This document shows, piece by piece, positions 45,743 through 55,501 of a DNA stretch of 64,000 bases (the stretch's first letter is position 1; each line of letters starts with the position of its first letter). The DNA comes from Bacteroidota bacterium (GTDB lineage: Bacteria > Bacteroidota > Rhodothermia > Rhodothermales > Bin80), in assembly GCA_028875125.1 (NCBI GenBank), contig JAPPGC010000094.1:15761-79760 (forward strand). Direction: 5' to 3'. The notes below the pieces were generated by a model. That model did no database searches, had not been told where the DNA came from, and was given only the letters and a program-made list of their open reading frames with translations. Both the position numbers and the translations under genes were made by a program.

Positions 45743-47035
45743 TTAGAAACCGAATAATCGGGGGATCACCAACGTGATTTGTGGCACAAAAGTGATCAAT
45801 ATCAGCGCGACCAGCATAGCGACATATAGGGGAGCCAGAGGCCGAATCATCGCGGGTACAGTTACCCCGGAAATTCCTGCACCCGCAAACAGTACCGTAC
45901 CCACGGGTGGTGTACAGAGACCGATGCATAGATTGGCCACCATCAAGATACCGAAGTGGAGCGGATCAATGCCAAATCCCACGACCACTGGGAGAAAAAT
46001 AGGCGTAAAGATCAGAATGGCCGGCGTCATGTCCATGAATGTGCCAACCATCAACAACAGCACGTTTATCAGAAGGAGTACAATGATCTTGTTGTCACTG
46101 ACTGCTAAAAGTGATTCCGCAATGCCTTGTGGAATATCCTCAAAAGAAAGCACCCAGGAGAGTGCCAGCGAGGCACCGATGAGGAGCATGACCACTGCGG
46201 TAGTCGTCACACTGTTAAGAAAAACGTCATAGAGATCCCGTATTCGGACCTCGCGATAGAGCAGCACGAGTACAAGTGCGTAGAGCACAGCAATGGCAGC
46301 CGCTTCGGTTGCGGTGAATATCCCTGCGATAATTCCCCCAATGACAACCACAACCAGGGTCAGGCTCGGAAGTGCGTGTGCAAAATGCTTGAAGACCTCC
46401 GGAAGCGGTACACGATCCCCCTTTCCGTATCCCTTTCGGTTTGCGACGAACGCTGCGACTACCATCAGTAGTCCCCCTATAAGAATGCCGGGCAGATATC
46501 CAGCTACGAATAGTGCAGCGACCGAAACTGTACCGCTGGCCAGCGAATATACGATGAGCACATTGCTGGGGGGGATCAGCAATCCTGTTGTTGCGGAGGA
46601 AACATTGACTGCCGCGCTGAAGCCGGGGGAGTAGCCGCCGTCAACCATCTTGGGGTGCATGACCGATCCTATCGCTGCCGCAGCTGCAATTCCCGAACCT
46701 GAAATAGAGCCAAACAGCATGCACGCAATGATATTTACAAGTGCGAGACCTCCTGGAAGTGCCCCGATCAAGGCGCGGGCAAATGCAATAAGGCGGCGGG
46801 CAATTCCGCCACGGCCCATTAAATTACCTGCCAGAATGAAGAATGGGATGGCTAATAATGTGAAGCTGTCCAAGCCCGTTGCAATACGTTGTGCGGTAGT
46901 GCTAGCCGCGGGCACAAAATCCACTGCCACGACCATGGTGAGCAATGTAGACATACCCAAGCAATAGGCTACCGGCACATCTAACAGCAACAGAATCAAG
47001 AAGCTTACCACAAGTACAAGTACGGCAATCTCCAT
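45743..47035 (-). CDS. dctM: TRAP transporter large permease
   Basis: 430 aa polytopic membrane protein with the DctM pattern (..LLAIPFFILAGNLM..GGIA..). Confidence 0.92.
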   Translation of the reverse strand: MEIAVLVLVVSFLILLLLDVPVAYCLGMSTLLTMVVAVDFVPAASTTAQRIATGLDSFTLLAIPFFILAGNLMGRGGIARRLIAFARALIGALPGGLALVNIIACMLFGSISGSGIAAAAAIGSVMHPKMVDGGYSPGFSAAVNVSSATTGLLIPPSNVLIVYSLASGTVSVAALFVAGYLPGILIGGLLMVVAAFVANRKGYGKGDRVPLPEVFKHFAHALPSLTLVVVVIGGIIAGIFTATEAAAIAVLYALVLVLLYREVRIRDLYDVFLNSVTTTAVVMLLIGASLALSWVLSFEDIPQGIAESLLAVSDNKIIVLLLINVLLLMVGTFMDMTPAILIFTPIFLPVVVGFGIDPLHFGILMVANLCIGLCTPPVGTVLFAGAGISGVTVPAMIRPLAPLYVAMLVALILITFVPQITLVIPRLFGF

Positions 47036-47070
47036 TTACAGTTGATCAGTTCGGGTTTATGGTCGATGTC

Positions 47071-47559
47071 TCAACCATCGGACAAGAGGGTAGAACTCTC
47101 CTGATCCGGGTTCTCTCGAATAGCAACGATACTGTAGTAGATCATAAGAAGTCCGCTTATTGGAAGCACAAGATAGACGTAACCTATGGGAACCTGAAAC
47201 GCGGCAGAAAGCTGATTCAGATCCAACGTCACATAGACGAGCCAACTGCCTCCGAATACGAGCGCTACCACGGAAAAAATGATAATAACGATGTGAGCGA
47301 ACACATGAACGGATCGTTTTTGGGCGTCGGACAGTCGTCGTACAAGCACATCAATGCCGAGGTGTGCACGCACACGCAACGCGTATGCGGCACCCAGCAG
47401 GCTAATCCAGATGAGCAGATAAGTTGACATTTCCTCTGTGTACGAACTGGGACTGTTAAGCAGGAAGCGAGTAATGACCTGCCAGGAAACAGTAACTACC
47501 ATGACCGCCATTAAGGTGACCAGCAATCCTGCAAGCGTCTTGTCAATAATGCGTGTCAT
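47071..47559 (-). CDS. dctQ: TRAP transporter small permease
   Basis: 162 aa with 4 TM helices. It sits between dctP and dctM. Confidence 0.85.
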   Translation of the reverse strand: MTRIIDKTLAGLLVTLMAVMVVTVSWQVITRFLLNSPSSYTEEMSTYLLIWISLLGAAYALRVRAHLGIDVLVRRLSDAQKRSVHVFAHIVIIIFSVVALVFGGSWLVYVTLDLNQLSAAFQVPIGYVYLVLPISGLLMIYYSIVAIRENPDQESSTLLSDG

Positions 47560-47561
47560 GG

Positions 47562-48557
47562 TTATTGGATACTAAGAGCCCGAATCCGATTGGCCCATGG
47601 TTCTAGGTCGGTGCCTTCAAGAGATTCATAGAGTGGCAGAACGGCTTCCTGAAAGGGCCTTTTATCTGGACGAACGACGATCACTCCGTCCTCTTCGACG
47701 GCACTAAGCGCTTCCCGCCGGGCCTCGTTCCACAATCTTCGCTGGAACGCCACTGATTCCTCTACCGCTTGAGTAAGCCACCCCTTTTGCTGGACGGACA
47801 GCTTATTCCATGTATGTGTACCAATCAGAAGGACATCTGGAGGAGCGGAATGTTCATCCAACGTGTAGTATCGAGCCTGCTCAAAATGTTTGGATCCATA
47901 GAAGTTTGGTGGATTGTTCTCTGCACCATCCACGACCCCCTGCTGCAGTGCTGTATATAGCTCCCCATAAGCCATTGGCGTAGCATTTGCACCGAGTAGA
48001 TTAATTGTTTGGATGGAAAGATTACTTCGCATCACGCGAATTTTCAATCCTTCAAGATCCTCAGGAGTATCCACCCTTTTGTCATGTATATAGAAGCTTC
48101 GGAATCCCGCATCGTAATAACACAATCCACGTATCCGGTAGGGTAATCCTTGCACCAGAATTTCCTGTCCTACGTCGCCTTGAAGCGCCCTCCAGAGATG
48201 GTCCTGATCCTCAAAGAGGTATGGAAGACTGTAAACGCCCATAGCTGGCACAAAATTTTCGATCACGCTAGAGGCGGTTTTTGCCATGTCGAGTGTGCCG
48301 AGCTGAAGCAGCTCTACAGATTCTCGTTCGTTGCCCAACTGTCCACTGGGATAAATTTTCACCCGCATAGTGCCTCCCGAGAGTTCTTCTAAACGTTCCC
48401 CCATGAAAGCCATTCCACGGTGTACCGGATGCGTAGAATCCAGTACATGTGCCAAACGGAACTCAATACTGTCTTGTGAGGAGCTACAGCCCGTGCTGCT
48501 CAGGAGCAGCGGTACAGTCAGTAGTGCGAGCAACACAAGCTTAGTGGCTGAATTCAT
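47562..48557 (-). CDS. dctP: TRAP transporter substrate-binding protein (lipoprotein)
   Basis: 331 aa with the lipobox SSTGCSS. Contains the DctP-family blocks FRLAHVLDSTHP..., YPSGQLG.E and LKIRVM. Confidence 0.9.
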   Translation of the reverse strand: MNSATKLVLLALLTVPLLLSSTGCSSSQDSIEFRLAHVLDSTHPVHRGMAFMGERLEELSGGTMRVKIYPSGQLGNERESVELLQLGTLDMAKTASSVIENFVPAMGVYSLPYLFEDQDHLWRALQGDVGQEILVQGLPYRIRGLCYYDAGFRSFYIHDKRVDTPEDLEGLKIRVMRSNLSIQTINLLGANATPMAYGELYTALQQGVVDGAENNPPNFYGSKHFEQARYYTLDEHSAPPDVLLIGTHTWNKLSVQQKGWLTQAVEESVAFQRRLWNEARREALSAVEEDGVIVVRPDKRPFQEAVLPLYESLEGTDLEPWANRIRALSIQ

Positions 48558-48743
48558 GAAGGTGGCACGATAAGCTCTTCGGTCAGGAGAATACGTTTAT
48601 CCAGAATATGAGTAATAGGTCGGGTTCACGCAGATGGAGAGTATCGATTGGCATCAAGTAGCCAGAGTAATCGTTCTGGCAACCATTCTTGCGCATCAAA
48701 TACCTCGGGATTGTCCATCTGCCTCTCGATCTTCGGAATCAAA

Positions 48744-49502
48744 TCAGACGAAGTAAAGGCCGCCATTCACTTCCACAGATTCACCATTCACATATGCAGA
48801 GGCATCTGATGCAAGAAAGGCGACGATATTGGCTACATCTTCAGATTCCCCCTCACGGCCTACGGCCGTCTTTCCAGCAACCATTTTACGAACGTTATCG
48901 GGTGTAAACGTGTCGTGGAATGTGGTATTGATCAGGCCGGGTGAGACGCAGTTCACGCGGATGTTGCGTGCAGAAAGTTCTTTTGCCATTCCACGGGTCA
49001 TGGTCAGGACGCCGCCTTTTGAAGTCGCATAGGCAATTGATCCTCCTCCCCCTCCATCCCGGGCTGCGAGTGATGCAAGGTTCACAATCGTTCCACCAGG
49101 CTTCATGTACGGCAATGCGGCCTGAGAAACGAGAAAGACAGATTTGAGATTTACTGCCATAACGGCGTCCCAGAATGCTTCGTCCATCTCGTCGAGCTTC
49201 TTGCGGGCCAGTAAGCCGCCGGCGTTATTGACAAGTATATCAAGGGAACCACCAAAGGCTTTCATGCCTTCGGTGAGTAGACGATTTACGTCAGCCGCTT
49301 GAGTGACATCGGCTTTTATTGCAATAGCCCGGCCGCCTGAACTGGCGACTTTTGCGACGGTCTCATCCGCGGCGTTTTTGCTGGAGTGATAATTAACGAT
49401 GACAGAGGCGCCTGCTTTCGCCAGGGCGTAGACAATCCATCTTCCGATATCTCTACCTCCTCCGGTTACCAGTGCTACCTTGCCGCTCAGGTCTGTATTC
49501 AT
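48744..49502 (-). CDS. SDR-family oxidoreductase (candidate DEH/KduD-type uronate-pathway reductase)
   Basis: I moved the start to MNTDLSGKVALVTGGGRDIGR (ATG at 49502). It has the TGxxxGIG, NNAG and S...YxxxK (YATSKGG) motifs. The functional guess rests on locus context only. Confidence 0.85.
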   Translation of the reverse strand: MNTDLSGKVALVTGGGRDIGRWIVYALAKAGASVIVNYHSSKNAADETVAKVASSGGRAIAIKADVTQAADVNRLLTEGMKAFGGSLDILVNNAGGLLARKKLDEMDEAFWDAVMAVNLKSVFLVSQAALPYMKPGGTIVNLASLAARDGGGGGSIAYATSKGGVLTMTRGMAKELSARNIRVNCVSPGLINTTFHDTFTPDNVRKMVAGKTAVGREGESEDVANIVAFLASDASAYVNGESVEVNGGLYFV

Positions 49503-49563
49503 GCTGTCGTTTTGTGCTAGTATTTTAAGTGATTCGAGGTGGTCAGGAGTTTTTGCTTGCGTG

Positions 49564-51765
49564 TCAATTTTTTGCTTCTGAGTTACCCAGAAATTCAACC
49601 TGATAATTTCCAGTCCACTGGAAAGATAGATCACCGAAAGTAACCTCCCGTCGTCCGGTCACTCCCTCAGACTGGTTTGAAACTACAATTCGCCAGTGAA
49701 GGCCTTCCTGACCAGTGATTTCAATTACACTGGCTACATCCGAATGGCCCAAGACATTTACGCCCGTGATTCGGGGTCTAGCCTGTGCAGATCTTTCCCG
49801 GGCTTCATTGAAGTATCCATGGGGTTCAATGACGGATGCAAAAAGCATATTTTCGGCCTGACGACGCAGGACCAGAAGGGGATGGGACTGCAGGTTGAAA
49901 TCGGGATCGTTTGCGCCGGTGCGTCCGAGATGCACTTCACTTTCCGGCCGGGCTGAAGAAGTTAGTGAATAGTACCGATGGCCGTCCAACCAGGTAAACT
50001 GGATAGACGAGTCTGTACGGGCCTGTGCTGTGTGCCAGATGTGCTGGTATCCATGACCACTTCCCAGGGGCTGCATCGCATTTGTATTTGTCTCGAATTG
50101 CAGGTTTGAAGTAATGTTCTGACCGGAATAATGCAGCGGGTAATCATATTGGCGGGTTATAGCGCTGGTTAGGCGATACAAGTCCACAACGACCGGATAC
50201 AGAAGTGATTCATCCTTAATGAGCAGCATAGTTCGCTGCATATCCACGCCATCATAATACGTGTCTGCACGTGCACTCATGGCAATTGCGTGTGCCTCTT
50301 CTGCTTCAAAAAAATGTCGTTTGGCAGACATTGACTCTGCAGTGACTTCGTCCCACATATTTTGTGTCATTCCGTCGACAACTACGGTATTGTGTGCAAT
50401 GGTCTGCATTGCATAGGAGTCGTTTTCCGGCAAATAGCGCCCGCCGAATTTGGGCTCCACATTGACCCATCTACCAAACCCGTAATCGCGAATGACCTGT
50501 CGCCCCTGATCAAAGAAGATGAAGTGGAGCTTATCAAAATGTCCATGACCGCCTCCGTGTACGCCATACTTCATGAGGAGCATCGACTGTCCCATACCTT
50601 CTCCCATCCTGAGAATTCCCAGCCCACCGGAGGTACCGTCGCTTCCATCGCTGAATTCCACCGAGGGCCAGGAAATTTGCGGATCCGATTCACTGGCATC
50701 AAAATCACGGGCAAGTATTAATCCAGCTCCGCTCAAAGAGACACGCCCCTGGACTTTGGCGACACCCAGAAGATCTTCATCCTCTCCATAGCGATCGTAA
50801 GTCAGCGCGTTGGCCAGAATAACCTCAGGTGCTGCCACATCCATCGTTAGCGATGCATCGTTGATCGGTGGAAAGACGCCGTTGGGGAATGAAGTTTGGA
50901 CAGCCGCATAATAGGCTTTCCGCAAGATCTGGTCGCGGTATTCATAGATGCCCACCTCTGGTTGCATTCGCTCCACAGCCTCGGCAAAATAGAAGAAGGG
51001 CATCAAGGCATAGCGGATATAGTAAGGTCCTTCCATGTAATATCCATCTGGCGAGAACAGCAGGTCAAGTTGCGCCAGAAAGCCACCTTTGCCATCCAGA
51101 TCCGAGCCGTGCAAGGACTTTTCGACTAGTGCTAGGTCCCCCATCACGTAGGCAATCATTCCAACAGCAGCGACGGCCCACGTGCCGTGGTTATGAATGC
51201 GGTCGAATTCTGCTTTGTTACGGATATGAAACCAGTCAGCCATGGGCCGAAAGATGTTGGTTTCAAACCGGGTTCTTTCCTCTTCAGAAAGCCAATCATA
51301 TACGCAGTCATAAGCAATACTCGTATGCACGAGCCAAACTTCCTCATTCAGGGTTTGATGAAATATTTTGCCTGGCTTCTGATGATGTGCCAGTGGATGC
51401 GGGCCGAGGTTTGGATACAGGATCGCGTACAAATTCAGCATATCGCGTACAAAAGCTGCGTACTTGTCTTCTCCGGTGATGCTGTAGAGCAGTCCGGCGT
51501 AGCGCATTTCGCGATAGTTCTGTTTATGTCTTTCGTGCTCGTATCCGCCGGCTTCTCCGGGAATGGGTACTTCCAATGGATGTGCGAAGGCAACCTCCAT
51601 AGTTTCTTTTGCCAAGGAGATCGCTTCATCAAGTAGGGCGTAACGGCCCTGAGCTTCCCTTATAGCGAGGGCATCTTCCTGTGAGATAAAGATCCCTGCA
51701 TGCTGACCCGAAGCCGTAAATGGCAAGGTGAATGCAAGAAAAACAAGTAACAGGATCCGCAACAT
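49564..51765 (-). CDS. PL17-like (alginate_lyase + heparinase II/III) exolytic oligo-uronate lyase
   Basis: I moved the start to MLRILLLVFLAFTLPFTASGQ (ATG at 51765). GGYEHERHKQNY, IHNHGTWAV, GPYYIRYAL and GGGHGHFDKLHF match my recollection of PL17/Alg17C-type enzymes. Confidence 0.8.
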   Translation of the reverse strand: MLRILLLVFLAFTLPFTASGQHAGIFISQEDALAIREAQGRYALLDEAISLAKETMEVAFAHPLEVPIPGEAGGYEHERHKQNYREMRYAGLLYSITGEDKYAAFVRDMLNLYAILYPNLGPHPLAHHQKPGKIFHQTLNEEVWLVHTSIAYDCVYDWLSEEERTRFETNIFRPMADWFHIRNKAEFDRIHNHGTWAVAAVGMIAYVMGDLALVEKSLHGSDLDGKGGFLAQLDLLFSPDGYYMEGPYYIRYALMPFFYFAEAVERMQPEVGIYEYRDQILRKAYYAAVQTSFPNGVFPPINDASLTMDVAAPEVILANALTYDRYGEDEDLLGVAKVQGRVSLSGAGLILARDFDASESDPQISWPSVEFSDGSDGTSGGLGILRMGEGMGQSMLLMKYGVHGGGHGHFDKLHFIFFDQGRQVIRDYGFGRWVNVEPKFGGRYLPENDSYAMQTIAHNTVVVDGMTQNMWDEVTAESMSAKRHFFEAEEAHAIAMSARADTYYDGVDMQRTMLLIKDESLLYPVVVDLYRLTSAITRQYDYPLHYSGQNITSNLQFETNTNAMQPLGSGHGYQHIWHTAQARTDSSIQFTWLDGHRYYSLTSSARPESEVHLGRTGANDPDFNLQSHPLLVLRRQAENMLFASVIEPHGYFNEARERSAQARPRITGVNVLGHSDVASVIEITGQEGLHWRIVVSNQSEGVTGRREVTFGDLSFQWTGNYQVEFLGNSEAKN

Positions 51766-52727
51766 AGAATATTCCACTTGGGTTCGTACATCTACGAGAT
51801 TATACTTGAAATATATCACATATCATACAACTTTATTGTGTTTCGCATCTATAGAGGGTTATACTTTGGTCGGGCTTGACCGGTAGCCGGTTTGTAACCT
51901 GCTTTTCCACCGGACGAATTGGAGGCAGCGACTTCGTGCTTGGAACAGGTTGCAGTCCCTCGCCAAAGCTTCCGGTATCTGCTCCAGTTTCATTGTCAAC
52001 TGCTTCTCCTTGCGAGAGACGCGATTGCACGCGCATTCCCCTCCTGTGGACTCCTCCGGTTGCGTTTCTTCACAGGGGTTACCACTTTATCTCCGGAACT
52101 GGCATCTGTGGGCTTCAATCGCGGTTGAACCCTTGGAAATATGCCACACTAACCCTCCCGCGTAGCCTCGTCTAATCTAGGTTTCATGAATCCTGGTGGG
52201 CAACTTCGCCTCCGAAAGATCCTCGAAGGCCCGAGAATGCTTGGATGCACTCGGCACATCACACGGCCGGGGCCAGCCACACAAATACCGAAGCAGGACA
52301 TTGGAAAGAAGGTACTCCCGCACCCAGGAAGTCGTAGGAATGTGTAACGCCATCTTAGCCAGAAACGACCGCGAAAGGCAAACCCGGTATGCCAGCGGGC
52401 GTCCTGTGGAACGAACCCGTAGACGGGGTAGATTACCCTCCACACACACCATCTCAAAAAACAACAACTTCCTAAATCAATTGGTCACGCCTCAAAGTTC
52501 TGCTCCACACAAGTAAACAAGTCCTATTGACAGGAGACATTAATGCCGCACATCTTTTTAGCAAGGAGTGCTGTGTTGAGTGGATCGTAAGTGTGATCAC
52601 AAAGTTGTACACCAAATTTTGTATACTAAACGGTCGTTGCATCCTGATCATGTTTGCGAACCCTAATCGCTTAACCATTGGAGGTTATCGTAAGCTAACC
52701 TCCTCGCAACGACTCATAGGGTTGGCT

Positions 52728-53009
52728 ATGGCACTCATTACGGCCGTATCGGCACAATCCCAGGAAGTATTCCCAACACCAGGTGTCCCACCTACTACCC
52801 GAGCAGCACGAGTACAGGCTACGGTCAACCTCGACAGTGGCTTGAGCGAGACGGACTGGCAGCGCGTGGTGCCTGCTCGAGGCTTCTGCCAAGCCGAGCC
52901 GCAGCAGGGCAACCCGTCCACATTTGACACGGAGGTCCGCGTAAAGACTGTGGATCAATGCATGTCTCCCGTTGGCAACCACGCATGGCGGTCACAAGCA
53001 CAACTGTGA
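52728..53009 (+). pseudogene. truncated N-terminal remnant of a DUF5916/CBM9-like paralog
   Basis: MALITAVSAQ...VNLDSGLSETDWQRVVPARGFCQAEPQQGNPSTFDTEVRVKTVD aligns with IQLDGLVDEPAWRAVDPFPLVMYQPTYQGAMTERTEIRVAYDD of the intact gene 24 nt downstream. The remnant stops after about 93 aa where about 770 are expected. Confidence 0.5.
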
Positions 53010-53032
53010 TCTGCCCTACGATCTGATCCGCA

Positions 53033-55336
53033 ATGCCCAGTCTTCTCTTCGCGAGACTCTTACGAAATCATGACAGGCCGCATAGCAAAGTCGATCGCTT
53101 CAAACATTTGATCCTAGGAATGTGCCTGTCCTTCCTAGCACAGCCGCTGGCCGCTCAAGTCACCGTGGACTATGCCCCCGGTGCTCAACCTCCCATCAAG
53201 CTACACCGCCTCGCGCAGCCTATTCAGCTTGATGGCCTCGTCGACGAACCTGCCTGGCGAGCTGTCGACCCTTTTCCTCTGGTGATGTATCAGCCCACGT
53301 ACCAGGGTGCCATGACCGAACGCACAGAGATTCGGGTGGCATACGATGACGACTACCTATACGTCTCTGGAAAACTCTACCACGTCGTCTCCGAAAACCT
53401 GCGAGCCAATTCTTTCTACCGCGACCGCTGGAGTGGTGACGAGACTTTCGCCATTGTGCTCGATACATTCAACGACAACGAGAATGCTCTATGGTTCTAC
53501 ACAACGCCCCTCGGTACTCGCTTTGACATCGCAGTAGCAGACGATGCGGCTAATGGTCGAGATTCTAACAACTATAATTGGAATACATTCTGGGATGTAG
53601 CAACAACTCGAACCAACGAGGGCTGGTTTGCTGAGATACGCATTCCTTTCAGCAGCCTCGGTTTTCAGGATGAGGATGGGCGCGTAGAAATGGGAATGAT
53701 CGTGTATCGGTGGATGGGTCACAACAATCACCGCTACATTTTCCCGGATATACCACCCCGTTGGGAACGTGGCAGCAACAAGCCCTCCGTCGCACAGGAT
53801 GTGATCCTCGAAGGAGTGTACAGCCGTAAACCCGTTTATGTGACCCCGTACGGTCTTGGGGGTGTCCAGCGGAAATCTGAACTGTCTCCCTCAAAAACAG
53901 ACTACCGTTTCAACGACGACTTCACGCGTGAAATCGGTCTCGACGTGAAGTACAATCTTACCAACAATCTAACGCTTGACGCTACAGTCAACACCGACTT
54001 TGCCCAAGTGGAGGCCGACGACCAGCAGATTAACCTGACGAGATTTTCGCTCTTTTTTCCCGAGAAACGGCAGTTTTTTCAGGAGCGTTCCGGAATCTTC
54101 GAGTTTGATACCGGAGCTAGCGGCAGTCGTCTATTCCACAGCCGCCGCATCGGCTTGGTCGACGGGCAGCCGATTCCTATCCTCGGTGGCTCCCGGCTCG
54201 TCGGGCGCATGGGCGAGTGGGACATCGGATTACTCAACATGCAAACTGCAAAGGAAGGCGACGTACCCACCGAGAATTTCGGTGTGTTGCGGCTGCGTCG
54301 AAGGGTCTTTAATGCCTTCTCGACCATTGGCGGCCTGGCTACGAGTCGGATCGACGTTGACGGTGGGTATAATTTGGCGTATGGGCTCGACGGCGTCGTG
54401 CGCGTCATCGGGGATGAATACTTCACAGCGAAATGGGCGCAGACGCTGGACAAGAATCAGTTGGATGCAGGTACTTTCAGTTTCCTAGATGCCGGACGGT
54501 TTATGCTGAAGTGGGAACGGCGCATCATCCAGGGGTTCAGCTATGAGTTGGAAGTCGTTCGGAGCGGGGCGGACTACAACCCCTCCGTAGGCTTTGTCCG
54601 TCGCCGCGACGTCTTCGTACTCAGCCCCGATGTCAACTATCAAACATTCCGGGGGGCTGACTCGCGGTTCCGGCGAATCTGGGTCGGTAACTGGTCCAAT
54701 ATATACCTTCGCAACGAAGACGGTTCCGTTGAATCGGCATGGCTCCATCCCTTTTACTGGTTTGAAACCAAGGGTGGGGCGACACTGCTGCTCTCGACGG
54801 CCCATACTTATGAGGATGTGCGCATGTCCTTTCCGCTCTCCGCGGGAGTTATGGTTCCCGTCGGTTCCTACTGGTTCCATGATCTTTGGGTTGAGGCAAA
54901 TCCGCCTGATCGATGGTTTTTCCGGCCTGATGTTACCTTCCGCACCGGCACTTTCTATGATGGATGGAAGACGACCTTGAGCTCCGGGGCCACATGGAAT
55001 TTATCTCGCCATTTGGAATTGCGCGGAACCTACGAACTCAACCTCATTCGTTTCTCGGATAGAGACCAGCAGCTCGACACGCACTTGGGTCAAATTCGTA
55101 TCCAGGCTGCGCTTAACACCCATTTCTCGGCCACGGCCTTCCTGCAATACAACAGCGTCGCCGATGAATTCTTTGTCAACACCCGGATTCGCTATCATTT
55201 TGGTGAGGGCAACGATTTGTGGCTGGTTTTCAATGAAGGCTTCAACACCGAGCGGCATCAGTCCTTCGGCCCGACGCTGCCTGTAACCGATAGCCGAGCG
55301 ATCCTACTCAAGTACACTCACACCTTCATCTGGTGA
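53033..55336 (+). CDS. DUF5916-like protein (N-terminal CBM9-like domain + large beta-rich/barrel domain)
   Basis: 767 aa with signal ..FLAQPLAAQ. Contains LDGLVDEPAW...RVAYDDDYLYVSGKLY and DTFNDNENALWFYTTPLG... The family assignment is from memory. The start may be the internal M of MCLSFLA. Confidence 0.7.
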   Translation: MPSLLFARLLRNHDRPHSKVDRFKHLILGMCLSFLAQPLAAQVTVDYAPGAQPPIKLHRLAQPIQLDGLVDEPAWRAVDPFPLVMYQPTYQGAMTERTEIRVAYDDDYLYVSGKLYHVVSENLRANSFYRDRWSGDETFAIVLDTFNDNENALWFYTTPLGTRFDIAVADDAANGRDSNNYNWNTFWDVATTRTNEGWFAEIRIPFSSLGFQDEDGRVEMGMIVYRWMGHNNHRYIFPDIPPRWERGSNKPSVAQDVILEGVYSRKPVYVTPYGLGGVQRKSELSPSKTDYRFNDDFTREIGLDVKYNLTNNLTLDATVNTDFAQVEADDQQINLTRFSLFFPEKRQFFQERSGIFEFDTGASGSRLFHSRRIGLVDGQPIPILGGSRLVGRMGEWDIGLLNMQTAKEGDVPTENFGVLRLRRRVFNAFSTIGGLATSRIDVDGGYNLAYGLDGVVRVIGDEYFTAKWAQTLDKNQLDAGTFSFLDAGRFMLKWERRIIQGFSYELEVVRSGADYNPSVGFVRRRDVFVLSPDVNYQTFRGADSRFRRIWVGNWSNIYLRNEDGSVESAWLHPFYWFETKGGATLLLSTAHTYEDVRMSFPLSAGVMVPVGSYWFHDLWVEANPPDRWFFRPDVTFRTGTFYDGWKTTLSSGATWNLSRHLELRGTYELNLIRFSDRDQQLDTHLGQIRIQAALNTHFSATAFLQYNSVADEFFVNTRIRYHFGEGNDLWLVFNEGFNTERHQSFGPTLPVTDSRAILLKYTHTFIW

Positions 55337-55501
55337 GATGCTCCACATTAATGCGGAGCTGGCGTGCAGTTCAATTGCGGAGCGAGGAATGCGAATAAAT
55401 TGTCCTCGGAGGTGTGTGTGGAAATCTATTTTTCAAACGAAATCAGCAGGTAACCCATTTACGTTAACTGATACCGCGCAGCCAGATACATAACTCCCAA
55501 G

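Noticed and set aside
49503-49634. The N-terminal extension of the SDR ORF (track start 49634), which overlaps the 3' end of the PL17-like gene
   Set aside because: The Rossmann motif begins right after the internal Met (MNTDLSGKVALVTGGG), and the extension would overlap the upstream gene by about 70 nt. The same reasoning shortened the starts of the ORFs at 51819, 3517, 26322, 33878 and 23368.
51870-52460. Possible RNase P RNA, tmRNA or a mobile-element transposase in the stop-poor spacer
   Set aside because: I could not find the conserved RNase P (GAGGAAAGUCC...) or tmRNA (tRNA-like ends, tag ORF) signatures, terminal inverted repeats, or any transposase or integrase motifs. The region is left as unassigned in the findings.
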